From assembly GCF_056746865.1 (NCBI RefSeq), contig NZ_CM163382.1: 64,000 nt of DNA; one strand, 5' to 3'. Position 1 is the stretch's first letter, and each line of letters begins with the position of its first letter. The notes under the pieces were generated by a model. The model was not told where the DNA came from and did not search any database. It saw only the letters and a program-made list of their open reading frames with translations. Below are positions 1-12,850 of the stretch, piece by piece. Made by a program: the position numbers and the translations under genes.

Positions 1-511
1 TGCTGATGATTGCCGTGCCGTGCTGATCGTCGTGGAATACCGGAATATTCATCCGCTCGCGCAGTTTCTGTTCAATATAGAAACATTCTGGCGCTTTAAT
101 GTCTTCGAGGTTGATGCCGCCGAAGGTCGGTTCAAGCGCGGCGACGACTTCAATAAATTTGTCCGGGTCGAGTTCATCAACTTCAATGTCAAATACATCA
201 ATTCCGGCGAATTTCTTAAACAGAACGCCCTTGCCTTCCATCACCGGTTTGCCCGCCAGCGCGCCAATGTTGCCTAACCCCAGCACCGCCGTACCGTTAG
301 AGATCACCGCCACCAGGTTACCGCGCGCGGTATATTTGTAGGCTTTTAACGGGTCTTTTTCGATTTCAAGACAAGGTGCGGCAACGCCTGGTGAGTAGGC
401 CAGCGCCAGATCGCGCTGCGTTGCCAGAGGCTTGGTTGGAGAAACCTGGATTTTCCCTGGAACTGGAAATTCATGGAAATCAAGTGCACTTTGTTTTAAC
501 TGGTCATCCAT
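1..511 (-). CDS. maeB: NADP-dependent malic enzyme MaeB, N-terminal portion (gene continues beyond window start)
   Basis: Minus-strand ATG at 511-509 followed by [15 protein letters not shown]...; reverse translation of 1-60 reads ...[18 protein letters not shown]; frame open to position 1. Not in ORF track because it has no stop inside the window. Confidence 0.9.
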   Translation of the reverse strand, partial: MDDQLKQSALDFHEFPVPGKIQVSPTKPLATQRDLALAYSPGVAAPCLEIEKDPLKAYKYTARGNLVAVISNGTAVLGLGNIGALAGKPVMEGKGVLFKKFAGIDVFDIEVDELDPDKFIEVVAALEPTFGGINLEDIKAPECFYIEQKLRERMNIPVFHDDQHGTAIIS

Positions 512-799
512 TTGGTTGTTCCTTTCACGTAACGTTCACAAATAAAGTGTGTGGGCAACAGCCCCTGCCCACAACGTGGCGCACATTATTACCCTGCCGG
601 AGTCTACAGACTTTGAGCAAGTCCAAACTCTCACCATTAATATAATGTTTTGGTAATAATCCTATAACACTGATGTTACCTGCTTAATCCAGCAATACCA
701 TGCCTGTCTGCTATGCTTTTTTGATGCGTTTAGCGAAATTTCTCAGAAGTGTGAATTAACGCACTCATCTAACACTTTACTTTTCAAGGAGTATTTCCT

Positions 800-1750
800 A
801 TGAACGAGTTAGACGGCATCAAACAGTTCACCACTGTCGTGGCAGACAGCGGCGATATTGAGTCCATTCGCCATTATCATCCCCAGGATGCCACCACCAA
901 TCCTTCGCTGTTACTCAAGGCTGCCGGATTATCACAATATGAGCATTTAATAGACGATGCTATCGCCTGGGGTAAAAAAAATGGCAAGACCCAGGAACAA
1001 CAGGTGGTCGCAGCGTGTGACAAACTGGCGGTCAATTTCGGTGCTGAAATTCTCAAAATCGTACCCGGTCGCGTGTCAACAGAAGTTGATGCACGCCTCT
1101 CTTTTGATAAAGAAAAGAGTATTGAGAAGGCGCGCCATCTGGTGGACTTGTATCAGCAACAAGGCGTTGAGAAATCACGCATTCTGATCAAGCTGGCTTC
1201 GACCTGGGAAGGAATTCGCGCGGCAGAAGAGCTGGAAAAAGAAGGTATTAACTGCAACCTGACGCTGCTGTTTTCTTTTGCCCAGGCGCGGGCCTGTGCA
1301 GAAGCAGGCGTTTTTCTGATTTCGCCGTTTGTCGGGCGTATTTATGACTGGTATCAGGCACGCAAGCCGATGGACCCGTATGTGGTGGAAGAAGATCCGG
1401 GCGTTAAATCGGTGCGCAATATCTACGACTACTATAAGCAACACCACTATGAAACCATTGTGATGGGCGCGAGCTTCCGTCGCACCGAACAAATCCTCGC
1501 CTTAACCGGCTGCGATCGACTGACTATCGCACCGAATTTGCTGAAGGAGCTGCAGGAAAAAGTTTCGCCAGTGGTACGTAAATTAATCCCACCTTCTCAG
1601 ACTTTCCCACGCCCAGCTCCCATGAGCGAAGCGGAGTTCCGTTGGGAGCACAATCAGGATGCGATGGCGGTAGAAAAACTGTCTGAAGGCATTCGTCTGT
1701 TCGCCGTTGATCAACGCAAACTGGAAGATCTTCTTGCCGCCAAACTATAA
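800..1750 (+). CDS. talA: transaldolase A
   Basis: 316-aa ORF starting at ATG 800; sequence recognisable as transaldolase; length matches E. coli TalA. Confidence 0.95.
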   Translation: MNELDGIKQFTTVVADSGDIESIRHYHPQDATTNPSLLLKAAGLSQYEHLIDDAIAWGKKNGKTQEQQVVAACDKLAVNFGAEILKIVPGRVSTEVDARLSFDKEKSIEKARHLVDLYQQQGVEKSRILIKLASTWEGIRAAEELEKEGINCNLTLLFSFAQARACAEAGVFLISPFVGRIYDWYQARKPMDPYVVEEDPGVKSVRNIYDYYKQHHYETIVMGASFRRTEQILALTGCDRLTIAPNLLKELQEKVSPVVRKLIPPSQTFPRPAPMSEAEFRWEHNQDAMAVEKLSEGIRLFAVDQRKLEDLLAAKL

Positions 1751-1769
1751 ACCAGCCACGGAGTGTTAT

Positions 1770-3773
1770 ATGTCCCGAAAAGACCTTGCCAATGCGATTC
1801 GCGCACTCAGTATGGATGCGGTACAAAAAGCCAATTCTGGTCATCCCGGCGCGCCGATGGGCATGGCTGATATTGCCGAAGTGCTGTGGAACGATTTTCT
1901 TAAACATAACCCCACCGACCCAACCTGGTATGATCGCGACCGCTTTATTCTTTCCAACGGCCACGCGTCGATGCTGCTCTACAGTTTGCTACATCTGACC
2001 GGTTACGACCTGCCGCTGGAAGAACTGAAGAACTTCCGTCAGTTGCATTCAAAAACCCCAGGTCACCCGGAGATTGGCTATACGCCAGGTGTTGAAACCA
2101 CCACCGGTCCACTTGGACAAGGTTTGGCGAACGCCGTCGGACTGGCGATAGCAGAGCGTACACTGGCGGCGCAGTTTAACCAGCCGGATCATGAAATTGT
2201 CGATCACTTCACCTATGTGTTTATGGGCGACGGTTGCCTGATGGAAGGTATTTCCCACGAAGTCTGTTCGCTGGCGGGCACGCTGGGACTGGGCAAGCTG
2301 ATTGGTTTTTACGATCACAACGGTATTTCCATCGACGGTGAAACCGAAGGCTGGTTTACCGACGATACAGCAAAACGTTTTGAAGCCTATCACTGGCATG
2401 TGATCCATGAAATCGACGGTCACGATCCGCAGGCGGTGAAGAAAGCGATCCTTGAAGCGCAAAGCGTGAAAGATAAGCCGTCGCTGATTATCTGCCGCAC
2501 AGTAATTGGCTTTGGTTCGCCGAATAAAGCAGGTAAGGAAGAGGCGCACGGCGCACCGCTGGGGGAAGAAGAAGTGGCGCTGGCACGGCAAAAACTGGGC
2601 TGGCACCATCCGCCATTTGAGATCCCTAAAGAGATTTATCACGCCTGGGATGCCCGCGAAAAAGGCGAAAAAGCGCAGCAGAGCTGGAATGAGAAGTTTG
2701 CCGCCTATAAAAAGGCCCATCCGCAACTGGCAGAAGAGTTTACCCGTCGGATGAGCGGTGGTTTACCGAAGGACTGGGAGAAAACGACTCAGAAATATAT
2801 CAATGAATTACAGGCGAATCCGGCGAAAATCGCCACCCGTAAGGCTTCGCAAAATACGCTTAACGCTTATGGCCCCTTGCTACCGGAGCTGCTCGGCGGT
2901 TCGGCGGATCTGGCTCCCAGCAACCTGACCATCTGGAAAGGTTCTGTGTCGCTGAAGGAAGATCCGGCGGGCAACTACATTCACTACGGGGTGCGTGAAT
3001 TTGGCATGACCGCTATCGCCAACGGCATTGCGCACCACGGCGGCTTTGTGCCGTATACCGCGACGTTCCTGATGTTTGTTGAATACGCCCGTAACGCCGC
3101 GCGGATGGCGGCACTAATGAAAGCGCGGCAGATTATGGTTTATACCCACGACTCAATTGGTCTGGGCGAAGATGGTCCTACGCACCAGGCTGTTGAGCAA
3201 CTGGCCAGTCTGCGCTTAACGCCAAATTTCAGCACCTGGCGACCGTGCGATCAGGTGGAAGCAGCGGTGGGCTGGAAGCTGGCCGTTGAGCGCCACAACG
3301 GACCGACGGCACTGATCCTCTCCAGGCAGAATCTGGCCCAGGTGGAACGTACGCCGGATCAGGTTAAAGAGATTGCTCGTGGCGGTTATGTACTGAAAGA
3401 CAGCGGCGGTAAGCCAGATATTATTTTGATTGCCACCGGTTCAGAGATGGAAATCACCCTGCAAGCGGCAGAGAAATTAGCGGGAGAAGGTCGCAATGTA
3501 CGCGTAGTTTCCCTGCCCTCGACCGATATTTTCGACGCCCAGGATGAGGAATATCGGGAGTCGGTGTTGCCTTCTAACGTTGCGGCTCGCGTGGCGGTGG
3601 AAGCAGGCATCGCCGATTACTGGTACAAATATGTTGGTCTGAAAGGGGCAATTGTCGGGATGACCGGCTATGGGGAATCTGCTCCGGCAGATAAGCTGTT
3701 CCCGTTCTTTGGCTTTACCGCCGAGAATATTGTGGCAAAAGCGCATAAGGTGCTGGGAGTGAAAGGTGCCTGA
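1770..3773 (+). CDS. tktB: transketolase 2
   Basis: ORF 1707-3773; true start taken as ATG 1770 ([21 protein letters not shown]...), giving 667 aa; thiamine-diphosphate transketolase motifs. Confidence 0.95.
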   Translation: MSRKDLANAIRALSMDAVQKANSGHPGAPMGMADIAEVLWNDFLKHNPTDPTWYDRDRFILSNGHASMLLYSLLHLTGYDLPLEELKNFRQLHSKTPGHPEIGYTPGVETTTGPLGQGLANAVGLAIAERTLAAQFNQPDHEIVDHFTYVFMGDGCLMEGISHEVCSLAGTLGLGKLIGFYDHNGISIDGETEGWFTDDTAKRFEAYHWHVIHEIDGHDPQAVKKAILEAQSVKDKPSLIICRTVIGFGSPNKAGKEEAHGAPLGEEEVALARQKLGWHHPPFEIPKEIYHAWDAREKGEKAQQSWNEKFAAYKKAHPQLAEEFTRRMSGGLPKDWEKTTQKYINELQANPAKIATRKASQNTLNAYGPLLPELLGGSADLAPSNLTIWKGSVSLKEDPAGNYIHYGVREFGMTAIANGIAHHGGFVPYTATFLMFVEYARNAARMAALMKARQIMVYTHDSIGLGEDGPTHQAVEQLASLRLTPNFSTWRPCDQVEAAVGWKLAVERHNGPTALILSRQNLAQVERTPDQVKEIARGGYVLKDSGGKPDIILIATGSEMEITLQAAEKLAGEGRNVRVVSLPSTDIFDAQDEEYRESVLPSNVAARVAVEAGIADYWYKYVGLKGAIVGMTGYGESAPADKLFPFFGFTAENIVAKAHKVLGVKGA

Positions 3774-3796
3774 TGGTGATCGCCGGATGCTGTATG

Positions 3797-3866
3797 TTCC
3801 CCTCACCCTAACCCTCTCCCCAGAGGGGCGAGGGGACGGTCCGTGCGCTTTTTAGGGGCGCATCTG
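3797..3866. repeat. GC-rich imperfect palindromic intergenic repeat (BoxC/REP-like) between convergent tktB and ypfG
   Basis: ttcccctcaccctaaccctctccccagaggggcgaggggacggtccgtgcgcttttt: CCCTCTCCCC/GGGGCGAGGGG inverted arms; family assignment from memory only. Confidence 0.35.
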
Positions 3867-3875
3867 GGATTTTGT

Positions 3876-4919
3876 TTAACGGGTGATCCACAACGTGGGC
3901 CAGGCGTCTGGCCCATGCCAGTTATCACAGGTGGGTTCTGCGGCGTAACGCACCAGGCGAAAACGCTGACCGTCAAAGCGCCAGCGCGCCTGAATGCCAC
4001 AATCGCTTAATCCGCGCCCTTTTGCTAAGGTCACCAGTTCACGCGATTTTTCATCGAATGTTGCGTTCATCAGTTCCAGTTCATTCGTCTCCTGACCGCT
4101 GTTGAACGGCAAACGTAACCGAACCGGGCGCGAGGCCAGTGGCTTTTTACGCGACACAATCCAGGCCAAATCAATGGTGTTATAGGCCCCTGCCTCACAG
4201 CTAATCATCATCAGCGCTTTATCATCGGTCAGCGCAGTGACATTTACCTCTCGACGCAATGGATCAAGCGAGCAGCGCAGACCATTCATCCGCCAGTTTC
4301 CATAATCCAGCAAATCGTTGCGTTCTTCGAGTGAGAGTGGCGTCGGCGTTGGGTTAACCACCGCGACCTCTTTCAGCGCAGGCGCGGGCGGTACGCTGAG
4401 CGGCGGTTCATCCCCTTTCTTTATCCACGCGGTTTCACTGCCAACGCGCTTTTGCTGAGCATCTATAAACAACAACGCCGCTTTTAAGCCACTCAGAGAA
4501 ATGGTCTGATTGCCATCGCGTAAGGTGATTGCCTTCCCTTCCTGAATCATCTGCAAAAACGCGGTGAGGGTTGCCGTATCATCGGTTACTAATAACCATG
4601 GTGAAATCCGCCACTTGTCACCACTTAATGCCAACGGCTCACCATCTAACAGCAGCCGTGGCGCTATCTCCCCTTCCGACGCATCCGGCGACTTCAACCC
4701 GCCGCGCTCAATACGTAAAACGGCATCGGTATGCGCCCCAGCGCTGCGGCTCAGGGTCATCACCAGTCCATTATGATCGCCCGTATTGCGCGCCACACAA
4801 AAATTTTGATTATTACAGGTGACCTGCCAGTCGGAAAACGCCCGTTGCGCTGGTGCCGCCCACACCAAAGACGTCGGCAACAAAGCGAAAAAAAAGAGAA
4901 GGAAAATGCGATAGCGCAT
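3876..4919 (-). CDS. ypfG: DUF1176 family periplasmic protein YpfG
   Basis: 347-aa ORF with N-terminal signal peptide (MRYRIFLLFFFALLPTSLVWA); length matches K-12 YpfG. Confidence 0.9.
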   Translation of the reverse strand: MRYRIFLLFFFALLPTSLVWAAPAQRAFSDWQVTCNNQNFCVARNTGDHNGLVMTLSRSAGAHTDAVLRIERGGLKSPDASEGEIAPRLLLDGEPLALSGDKWRISPWLLVTDDTATLTAFLQMIQEGKAITLRDGNQTISLSGLKAALLFIDAQQKRVGSETAWIKKGDEPPLSVPPAPALKEVAVVNPTPTPLSLEERNDLLDYGNWRMNGLRCSLDPLRREVNVTALTDDKALMMISCEAGAYNTIDLAWIVSRKKPLASRPVRLRLPFNSGQETNELELMNATFDEKSRELVTLAKGRGLSDCGIQARWRFDGQRFRLVRYAAEPTCDNWHGPDAWPTLWITR

Positions 4920-5044
4920 GGACGGTACGACCCCAGAAGTTCAAACAAACAGCACAAGTCGTATCTTCGTTGCGCAGGTAGCGCGGCTCAATCGGATTTG
5001 TCGGATTGAGCCAATAATAAACAACGAAATATTATTGTTATTTT

Positions 5045-5620
5045 TCAGTCCATTAAATGTGACGTTTGCAAATAGTTAAGCAATAACACCGTCTTACCGT
5101 CACGTATCTCGCCGGTTTTGATCATCTCCAGCGCCTGGCTGAACGGCAGCTCGAGCACTTCAATATCTTCATCTTCGACACCGCCACCGGCGTTAGCGCG
5201 CTGATTGTCACTGTATTCGGCGATAAAAAAGTGGATTAGCTCAGTCACACCGCCTGGGGACATATACAGTTCAAATAATTTGCGCACTTCGCCCACTTCA
5301 TAGCCCGTCTCTTCAATCGCCTCTTTGCGAATGCACACTTCCGGTTCGTCGTTATCCAGCAGCCCGGCGCAGGTTTCAATCAGTTGCCCGCTTTCATTGC
5401 CATTAACCCAGGTAGCGACACGGAACTGACGAATCAGAACCACGGTCTTTTTCTTCGCGTTGTACAGGAGGATCGTCGCACCATTACCGCGATCGTAAAC
5501 TTCACGTTTATGACGGATAACTTCGCCATCTTTGCGCGTGAGATCGTAAGTAATGTTGTGCAGGGTGAAATAGTTATCGGAGAGAATTTTGTCTTTAATG
5601 AGGGTGATTTGTTGCGTCAT
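5045..5620 (-). CDS. nudK: GDP-mannose pyrophosphatase (Nudix hydrolase) NudK
   Basis: ORF 5045-5647; start placed at ATG 5620 ([18 protein letters not shown]...), 191 aa; Nudix box present. Confidence 0.9.
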   Translation of the reverse strand: MTQQITLIKDKILSDNYFTLHNITYDLTRKDGEVIRHKREVYDRGNGATILLYNAKKKTVVLIRQFRVATWVNGNESGQLIETCAGLLDNDEPEVCIRKEAIEETGYEVGEVRKLFELYMSPGGVTELIHFFIAEYSDNQRANAGGGVEDEDIEVLELPFSQALEMIKTGEIRDGKTVLLLNYLQTSHLMD

Positions 5621-5687
5621 ACCGACTCCACAGCGCGAAATGAACAATTATCTTACGCTGTGAAGCCGGGTTTGTCTGCGCAGGCTA

Positions 5688-7667
5688 TCAGTGAGATTTG
5701 ACTGATTTTACCCCCAGCCAGTCAATAATCCCCTGTGCCGCATGACGTCCTTCTGCCATTGCGGTAACCACCAGATCCGCACCACGCACGGCGTCACCAC
5801 CGGCGAAGATTTTCGGATTCGTGGTCTGATAACGGTACTGGCTTTCCACATCCGCGATGATGCGGCCCCATTTGTCTACCGTTACACCGTGCGACTCCAG
5901 CCACGGCATCCCGTGTGGATTGAAGCCAAACGCCATAATCACCGCGTCGGCTGGCATGACAAATTCACTGCCTTCCACCGGCACTGGACGCCGACGCCCC
6001 TGGGCATCCGGCTCGCCAAGACGCGTGCGCAGGAAACGAATTCCGCAAACGTGACCTTGCTCATTCAGCTCAAGCGCCACCGGCTGGACGTTAAATTCAA
6101 AGTTGGCCCCCTCTTCGCGGGCGTTCTTCACCTCTTTCTTCGAGCCTGGCATGTTAGCTTCATCACGACGATAAGCGCAGGTGACGTTACTCGCGCCGTG
6201 GCGCAGCGCGGTACGCACACAGTCCATCGCGGTGTCGCCGCCGCCCAGTACCACGACGTTGAGTCCGGCGGTATTGATAAACGGCTCTTCCGGTAGCTCT
6301 TCGAGTCCCATCACCTGTTTAGTGTTGGCGATGAGGAACGGCAGGGCGTCATAAACGCCCGGCGCATCTTCATTGGGTAAACCCGCTTTCATGGAACGGT
6401 AAGTGCCTACGCCAACGAAGACCGCGTCGTATTGTTCCAAAAGCGAATCCAAAGAGACATCTTTACCCACTTCACAATTGAGTTCGAAGTGAATCCCCAT
6501 CGCGCTGAAGATTTCCCGACGGCGTGCCAGCAGGGATTTATCCAGTTTGAAAGAAGGAATGCCGAAAGTGAGCAAGCCACCAATTTCTGGATGGCGATCG
6601 TACACCGTCACCGCCACGCCATTGCGGGTCAGAACATCCGCACAGGCCAGCCCTGCCGGACCTGCACCGATAATCGCCACCCGCTTGTCCACTTTGGTGA
6701 CATGGCTTAAGTCAGGACGCCAACCTTTCGCCAACGCCTGATCTGAAATGTAGCGTTCAATGTTGCCGATAGTTACCGCACCGTGCTCATCGCGAATAGT
6801 ACAGGCTCCTTCACACAAACGGTCTTGCGGACAAACGCGTCCGGTAATTTCCGGCAGGGTGTTGGTCTGGTGAGAAAGCTCGACGGCGGCGTCGATGTTT
6901 CCGGCTTTCACCAGTTCAATCCACTGCGGAATATGGTTATGCAGCGGGCAGGTCCATTCACAAACGCTGTGCTCGCCGCACTTAAGGCAGCGCGAGGCTT
7001 CCCGTTGTGCCTGATCGGCACGGAATGGCAGATAAATTTCATCAAAACCGGTTTTGCGCGCTTCAATCGCCAGTTTGTCCGGCTCGCCGCGCGCGGGCGT
7101 TGCCTGCATTTGCTCGACTTTACTCATTACCGGCATTTCTTGTGCCGCGGTACTGGCATGCCACGGTTGATGCTCCTGACGTGCGGTGCGCAAGCGGCGG
7201 GATTTCGCCATGCCGGAGAGTGCGGCGTCAGTGACCAGTTGCAGCGCGTCTGCCGGGCAATTCTCAACACAGGCAGGACCGTTTTCGCGCCCTGCACAAA
7301 GGTCGCATTTATGCGCCGTGGCTTTTACTTTGCCCGCCGCGACGGGTGTCAGGACGATTTGCATCGTACCAAACGGACAGGCCACCACGCAGGATTTACA
7401 GCCAATACACTTTTGCTGATTGACCTGAATGCTGTCATCAACGTGGCTGATTGCGCCATTAGGGCAGCTACGGGCGCAGGGCGCATCTTCACAATGGTGA
7501 CAGGTCACTGCACTACGTTGCTGCTGATGTTTGATAACCGTAATTCGGGGATGAAAATGGTGTTGGCTCAAGACATGTTGCTCATCATTGTGAGCCATGA
7601 CACAGGCGATTTCACAAGCATGACAACCCAGACATTGCTGACTGTTGGCCATAATAAAACGATTCAT
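5688..7667 (-). CDS. aegA: putative oxidoreductase AegA (Fe-S cluster and pyridine-nucleotide disulfide oxidoreductase domains)
   Basis: 659-aa ORF; N-terminal 4Fe-4S ferredoxin Cys clusters and C-terminal GltD-like FAD/NAD domain; length matches AegA. Confidence 0.9.
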   Translation of the reverse strand: MNRFIMANSQQCLGCHACEIACVMAHNDEQHVLSQHHFHPRITVIKHQQQRSAVTCHHCEDAPCARSCPNGAISHVDDSIQVNQQKCIGCKSCVVACPFGTMQIVLTPVAAGKVKATAHKCDLCAGRENGPACVENCPADALQLVTDAALSGMAKSRRLRTARQEHQPWHASTAAQEMPVMSKVEQMQATPARGEPDKLAIEARKTGFDEIYLPFRADQAQREASRCLKCGEHSVCEWTCPLHNHIPQWIELVKAGNIDAAVELSHQTNTLPEITGRVCPQDRLCEGACTIRDEHGAVTIGNIERYISDQALAKGWRPDLSHVTKVDKRVAIIGAGPAGLACADVLTRNGVAVTVYDRHPEIGGLLTFGIPSFKLDKSLLARRREIFSAMGIHFELNCEVGKDVSLDSLLEQYDAVFVGVGTYRSMKAGLPNEDAPGVYDALPFLIANTKQVMGLEELPEEPFINTAGLNVVVLGGGDTAMDCVRTALRHGASNVTCAYRRDEANMPGSKKEVKNAREEGANFEFNVQPVALELNEQGHVCGIRFLRTRLGEPDAQGRRRPVPVEGSEFVMPADAVIMAFGFNPHGMPWLESHGVTVDKWGRIIADVESQYRYQTTNPKIFAGGDAVRGADLVVTAMAEGRHAAQGIIDWLGVKSVKSH

Positions 7668-7869
7668 AACGACCTTCTTTTTTGGTTGTAAAAACCTTAT
7701 TCTTTATATGAGTGTTGTTATTACCCGACTTACAGGGGAATCGGCAATGTTCATGTGCCCAGAATAAGTAACTATTTCGCTATAAACTGTGGCAGATCAA
7801 ATAATCCCATCACTGACTAAATTGCGTTTCAGCGAACTGGAACATTAATGATTTTTTGTGGAGAAGACG

Positions 7870-9573
7870 CGTGTGATTGTTAAACGACCCGTCTCGGCCA
7901 GTCTGGCCCGGGCCTTTTTTTACATTGTGCTGCTGTCGATTCTTTCCACGGGTATCGCTCTGCTAACTCTGGCGAGCAGTTTGCGCGACGCTGAGGCTAT
8001 CAATATTGCCGGATCGCTGCGTATGCAGAGTTACCGCCTGGGCTACGACTTGCAAAGTGGCAGTCCACAACTCAATGCACATCGCCAGTTATTTCAGCAG
8101 GCACTGCATTCACCGGTATTAACCAATCTCAACGTCTGGTATGTGCCAGAAGCAGTAAAAACCCGCTATGCGCATCTGAATGCCAACTGGCTGGAGATGA
8201 ATAATCGGCTCAGCAAGGGCGATTTACCGTGGTATCAGGCCAATATTAATAATTATGTTAATCAGATAGACCTGTTCGTACTGGCTTTACAGCACTACGC
8301 TGAACGCAAAATGCTGCTGGTGGTGGCGATTTCCCTGGCTGGCGGCATCGGTATTTTCACGCTGGTCTTTTTTACTTTGCGCCGCATACGCCATCAGGTG
8401 GTTGCCCCGCTGAATCAGCTGGTTACCGCCAGTCAGCGTATTGAACACGGGCAGTTCGACTCGCCGCCGCTGGATACCAGCCTGCCGAATGAGCTTGGCC
8501 TGCTTGCCAAAACCTTTAACCAGATGTCGAGCGAGCTGCATAAATTGTACCGTTCGCTGGAGGCGTCAGTAGAAGAAAAGACCCGCGATCTCCACGAGGC
8601 CAAGCGTCGCCTGGAGGTGTTGTATCAGTGTTCGCAGGCGCTGAACACCAGCCAGATTGATGTGCATTGTTTCCGCCATATTTTGCAGATTGTGCGCGAC
8701 AACGAAGCGGCTGAATATCTGGAGTTAAATGTCGGTGAAAACTGGCGGATTAGCGAAGGGCAACCAAACCTGGAATTGCCGATGCAGATTTTACCGGTGA
8801 CAATGCAAGAGACGGTTTACGGCGAACTGCACTGGCAAAATAGTCACGTTTCATCATCAGAACCGCTGCTTAACAGTGTTTCGTCGATGCTGGGACGCGG
8901 TTTGTACTTTAATCAGGCGCAGAAGCATTTTCAGCAGTTATTGTTGATGGAAGAACGTGCGACCATCGCCCGCGAATTGCACGACTCGCTGGCTCAGGTA
9001 CTTTCTTACTTACGTATCCAGTTGACGTTACTGAAGCGTTCGATACCGGAAGATAACGCCACCGCACAAAGTATCATGGCCGATTTTTCCCAGGCGTTGA
9101 ATGATGCTTATCGGCAGTTACGCGAGCTGTTAACTACTTTCCGCCTGACGCTGCAGCAGGCAGATCTCCCCTCCGCGTTGAGGGAAATGCTGGATACGTT
9201 ACAAAATCAAACCAGCGCTAAACTGACCCTCGACTGCCGCCTGCCAACCCTGGCGCTGGATGCGCAAATGCAGGTGCATTTGTTGCAAATTATTCGCGAA
9301 GCGGTGCTGAATGCGATGAAGCACGCCAACGCCAGCGAAATCGCCGTTAGCTGCGTCACCGCGCCGGACGGCAATCACACAGTCTATATTCGCGACAACG
9401 GGATTGGCATCGGTGAACCGAAAGAACCCGAAGGCCATTATGGTCTGAATATCATGCGCGAACGCGCGGAAAGATTGGGTGGGACGCTGACTTTTTCACA
9501 ACCTTCCGGCGGCGGCACGTTAGTGAGTATTAGCTTTCGCTCCGCGGAGGGTGAGGAAAGTCAGCTGATGTAA
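7870..9573 (+). CDS. narQ: nitrate/nitrite sensor histidine kinase NarQ
   Basis: ORF 7858-9573; start placed at GTG 7870 (MIVKRPVSASLARAFFYIV...); HAMP domain and histidine-kinase H-box (ELHDSLAQ) present. Start codon choice +/- 4 codons uncertain. Confidence 0.9.
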   Translation, partial: RVIVKRPVSASLARAFFYIVLLSILSTGIALLTLASSLRDAEAINIAGSLRMQSYRLGYDLQSGSPQLNAHRQLFQQALHSPVLTNLNVWYVPEAVKTRYAHLNANWLEMNNRLSKGDLPWYQANINNYVNQIDLFVLALQHYAERKMLLVVAISLAGGIGIFTLVFFTLRRIRHQVVAPLNQLVTASQRIEHGQFDSPPLDTSLPNELGLLAKTFNQMSSELHKLYRSLEASVEEKTRDLHEAKRRLEVLYQCSQALNTSQIDVHCFRHILQIVRDNEAAEYLELNVGENWRISEGQPNLELPMQILPVTMQETVYGELHWQNSHVSSSEPLLNSVSSMLGRGLYFNQAQKHFQQLLLMEERATIARELHDSLAQVLSYLRIQLTLLKRSIPEDNATAQSIMADFSQALNDAYRQLRELLTTFRLTLQQADLPSALREMLDTLQNQTSAKLTLDCRLPTLALDAQMQVHLLQIIREAVLNAMKHANASEIAVSCVTAPDGNHTVYIRDNGIGIGEPKEPEGHYGLNIMRERAERLGGTLTFSQPSGGGTLVSISFRSAEGEESQLM

Positions 9574-9736
9574 TGCCTCCGACTGACCAAAGAATACTGG
9601 CCCTTAAAGTTCAGTATAAAAGGGCATGATAATTTACATTAACTCCTTTTTTTCTCCACGATTGGCTCGTACCTTGCCGCTACAGTGAAGCAAGTCAAGC
9701 CTACAACGATACGCAGAAACACGAGGTCCTCTTTTA

Positions 9737-12700
9737 ATGGCGAATTTCTTTATTGATCGCCCCATTTTTGCCTGGGTGCTGGCAATCCTGTTGTGTCTGA
9801 CAGGTACCCTGGCGATTTTTTCATTGCCCGTTGAACAATACCCCGATCTCGCGCCACCGAATGTGCGAGTGACCGCTAACTATCCCGGCGCATCGGCCCA
9901 GACGCTGGAAAACACCGTGACCCAGGTTATCGAGCAAAATATGACCGGCCTCGATAATCTGATGTATATGTCGTCTCAGAGCAGTGGCACCGGCCAGGCA
10001 TCTGTCACTTTAAGTTTTAAAGCAGGCACCGATCCGGACGAAGCCGTGCAGCAAGTACAAAACCAGCTGCAATCAGCCATGCGAAAGTTACCGCAGGCGG
10101 TGCAAAATCAGGGCGTGACGGTGCGTAAAACCGGCGATACCAACATTCTGACCATTGCCTTCGTCTCTACCGATGGTTCGATGGATAAACAGGATATTGC
10201 CGATTACGTTGCCAGTAATATTCAGGATCCGTTAAGCCGCGTGAATGGCGTCGGGGATATCGATGCCTATGGTTCGCAATATTCCATGCGTATCTGGCTG
10301 GACCCGGCGAAACTCAACAGTTTCCAGATGACGGCTAAAGATGTCACTGATGCCATTGAGTCACAGAACGCGCAGATTGCGGTTGGGCAACTTGGTGGTA
10401 CGCCTTCCGTCGATAAGCAGGCGCTCAACGCCACCATTAACGCCCAGTCACTGCTGCAAACACCAGAACAGTTCCGCGATATCACCTTGCGGGTGAATCA
10501 GGACGGCTCAGAGGTAAGGCTGGGCGATGTCGCCACCGTCGAAATGGGGGCGGAGAAATACGATTATCTTAGCCGCTTCAATGGTAAGCCAGCCTCCGGG
10601 TTGGGGGTAAAACTGGCCTCCGGCGCGAACGAAATGGCGACAGCGGAGCTGGTGCTCAATCGTCTTGACGAGCTGGCGCAGTATTTCCCGCACGGACTGG
10701 AATACAAGGTGGCGTATGAAACCACCTCGTTTGTTAAAGCCTCCATTGAAGACGTGGTGAAAACGCTGCTGGAAGCTATCGCTCTGGTTTTCCTCGTTAT
10801 GTATCTGTTCCTGCAAAACTTCCGCGCCACGCTGATACCCACTATCGCCGTGCCGGTGGTGTTGATGGGAACCTTCTCCGTACTTTATGCCTTCGGTTAC
10901 AGCGTCAACACCTTAACCATGTTCGCGATGGTGCTGGCGATCGGTCTGCTGGTGGATGACGCCATCGTGGTGGTGGAAAACGTCGAACGTATTATGAGTG
11001 AGGAAGGACTCACTCCTCGCGAAGCCACACGTAAATCGATGGGGCAGATCCAGGGGGCACTGGTCGGGATTGCGATGGTGCTTTCGGCGGTATTTGTACC
11101 AATGGCCTTCTTCGGCGGCACCACCGGTGCCATCTATCGCCAGTTCTCTATTACCATTGTTGCGGCGATGGTGCTGTCAGTATTGGTAGCGATGATCCTC
11201 ACTCCGGCTCTGTGTGCCACGCTACTTAAGCCACTGAAAAAGGGTGAGCATCACGGGCAAAAAGGCTTTTTTGCCTGGTTTAACCAGATGTTTAACCGCA
11301 ACGCCGAACGCTACGAAAAAGGGGTGGCGAAAATTCTCCACCGTAGCCTGCGCTGGATTGTGATTTATGTCCTGCTGCTTGGCGGCATGGTGTTCCTGTT
11401 CCTGCGTTTGCCGACGTCGTTCTTGCCACTGGAAGACCGGGGCATGTTTACTACCTCGGTACAGTTGCCCAGCGGTTCAACCCAACAACAGACCCTGAAA
11501 GTCGTTGAGCAAATCGAGAAATACTACTTCACCCATGAAAAAGACAACATCATGTCGGTGTTTGCCACTGTTGGTTCTGGCCCTGGGGGTAACGGGCAAA
11601 ACGTGGCGAGAATGTTTATCCGCCTGAAAGACTGGAGCGAACGCGACAGTAAGACCGGCACCTCGTTTGCCATTATCGAGCGTGCAACGAAGGCGTTTAA
11701 CAAGATTAAAGAAGCTCGCGTTATCGCCAGCAGCCCGCCAGCAATTAGCGGTCTTGGTAGTTCTGCAGGTTTTGATATGGAGTTGCAGGACCACGCTGGA
11801 GCGGGTCACGAGGCGCTGATGGCAGCACGTAACCAGTTGCTGGCGCTGGCAGCGGAAAACCCGGAGCTAACCCGTGTGCGCCATAACGGCCTCGACGACA
11901 GTCCGCAGTTGCAGATTGATATCGACCAGCGTAAAGCTCAGGCGCTGGGCGTTGCTATCGACGATATTAACGACACACTGCAAACCGCCTGGGGTTCGAG
12001 CTATGTGAATGACTTTATGGATCGCGGTCGCGTGAAGAAAGTCTATGTGCAGGCAGCTGCGCCGTATCGCATGCTGCCAGATGACATCAATCTCTGGTAT
12101 GTCCGAAATAAAGATGGCGGCATGGTGCCCTTCTCTGCTTTCGCGACCTCACGCTGGGAGACAGGCTCGCCGCGTCTGGAACGCTATAACGGTTATTCTG
12201 CAGTTGAGATTGTTGGGGAAGCCGCACCGGGGGTCAGTACCGGTACGGCGATGGATATTATGGAATCGTTAGTGAAGCAGCTGCCAAACGGCTTTGGTCT
12301 GGAGTGGACGGCGATGTCGTATCAGGAGCGGCTTTCCGGCGCGCAGGCTCCGGCGCTGTACGCCATTTCCTTGCTGGTGGTATTCCTGTGTCTGGCGGCG
12401 CTGTATGAAAGCTGGTCGGTGCCGTTCTCGGTAATGCTGGTCGTGCCGCTGGGGGTTATCGGCGCGCTGCTGGCAACCTGGATGCGCGGGCTGGAAAACG
12501 ACGTTTACTTCCAGGTGGGCCTGTTAACGGTCATTGGTTTATCGGCGAAAAACGCCATCCTGATCGTCGAGTTTGCTAACGAGATGAACCAAAAAGGCCA
12601 CGACCTGTTTGAAGCGACGCTCCACGCCTGCCGTCAGCGTTTACGCCCGATTCTGATGACCTCGCTGGCATTTATCTTCGGCGTATTGCCAATGGCAACC

Positions 12701-12850
12701 AGCACGGGTGCCGGTTCCGGTGGTCAGCATGCGGTGGGTACTGGCGTAATGGGCGGGATGATTTCGGCCACTATTCTGGCTATTTACTTCGTGCCGCTGT
12801 TCTTTGTGCTGGTGCGCCGCCGCTTCCCGCTGAAGCCGCGCCCGGAATAA
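9737..12850 (+). CDS. acrD: RND-family aminoglycoside/multidrug efflux pump AcrD
   Basis: 1037-aa ORF ([19 protein letters not shown]...); typical 12-TM RND transporter; length matches AcrD. Confidence 0.95.
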   Translation: MANFFIDRPIFAWVLAILLCLTGTLAIFSLPVEQYPDLAPPNVRVTANYPGASAQTLENTVTQVIEQNMTGLDNLMYMSSQSSGTGQASVTLSFKAGTDPDEAVQQVQNQLQSAMRKLPQAVQNQGVTVRKTGDTNILTIAFVSTDGSMDKQDIADYVASNIQDPLSRVNGVGDIDAYGSQYSMRIWLDPAKLNSFQMTAKDVTDAIESQNAQIAVGQLGGTPSVDKQALNATINAQSLLQTPEQFRDITLRVNQDGSEVRLGDVATVEMGAEKYDYLSRFNGKPASGLGVKLASGANEMATAELVLNRLDELAQYFPHGLEYKVAYETTSFVKASIEDVVKTLLEAIALVFLVMYLFLQNFRATLIPTIAVPVVLMGTFSVLYAFGYSVNTLTMFAMVLAIGLLVDDAIVVVENVERIMSEEGLTPREATRKSMGQIQGALVGIAMVLSAVFVPMAFFGGTTGAIYRQFSITIVAAMVLSVLVAMILTPALCATLLKPLKKGEHHGQKGFFAWFNQMFNRNAERYEKGVAKILHRSLRWIVIYVLLLGGMVFLFLRLPTSFLPLEDRGMFTTSVQLPSGSTQQQTLKVVEQIEKYYFTHEKDNIMSVFATVGSGPGGNGQNVARMFIRLKDWSERDSKTGTSFAIIERATKAFNKIKEARVIASSPPAISGLGSSAGFDMELQDHAGAGHEALMAARNQLLALAAENPELTRVRHNGLDDSPQLQIDIDQRKAQALGVAIDDINDTLQTAWGSSYVNDFMDRGRVKKVYVQAAAPYRMLPDDINLWYVRNKDGGMVPFSAFATSRWETGSPRLERYNGYSAVEIVGEAAPGVSTGTAMDIMESLVKQLPNGFGLEWTAMSYQERLSGAQAPALYAISLLVVFLCLAALYESWSVPFSVMLVVPLGVIGALLATWMRGLENDVYFQVGLLTVIGLSAKNAILIVEFANEMNQKGHDLFEATLHACRQRLRPILMTSLAFIFGVLPMATSTGAGSGGQHAVGTGVMGGMISATILAIYFVPLFFVLVRRRFPLKPRPE

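Noticed and set aside
2049-2726. 225-aa minus-strand ORF
   Set aside because: Antisense shadow ORF within tktB.
3781-3870. Possible CRISPR-like repeat (the GC-rich palindrome after tktB)
   Set aside because: Single copy with no spacer-repeat periodicity and no cas genes in the window; better explained as a REP/BoxC-type intergenic palindrome.
4731-5009. 92-aa plus-strand ORF across the ypfG-nudK gap
   Set aside because: Largely antisense to the ypfG 5' end; basic low-complexity product.
6783-7691. 302-aa plus-strand ORF
   Set aside because: Antisense to aegA, whose frame carries clear Fe-S and flavoprotein motifs; no independent start signals.
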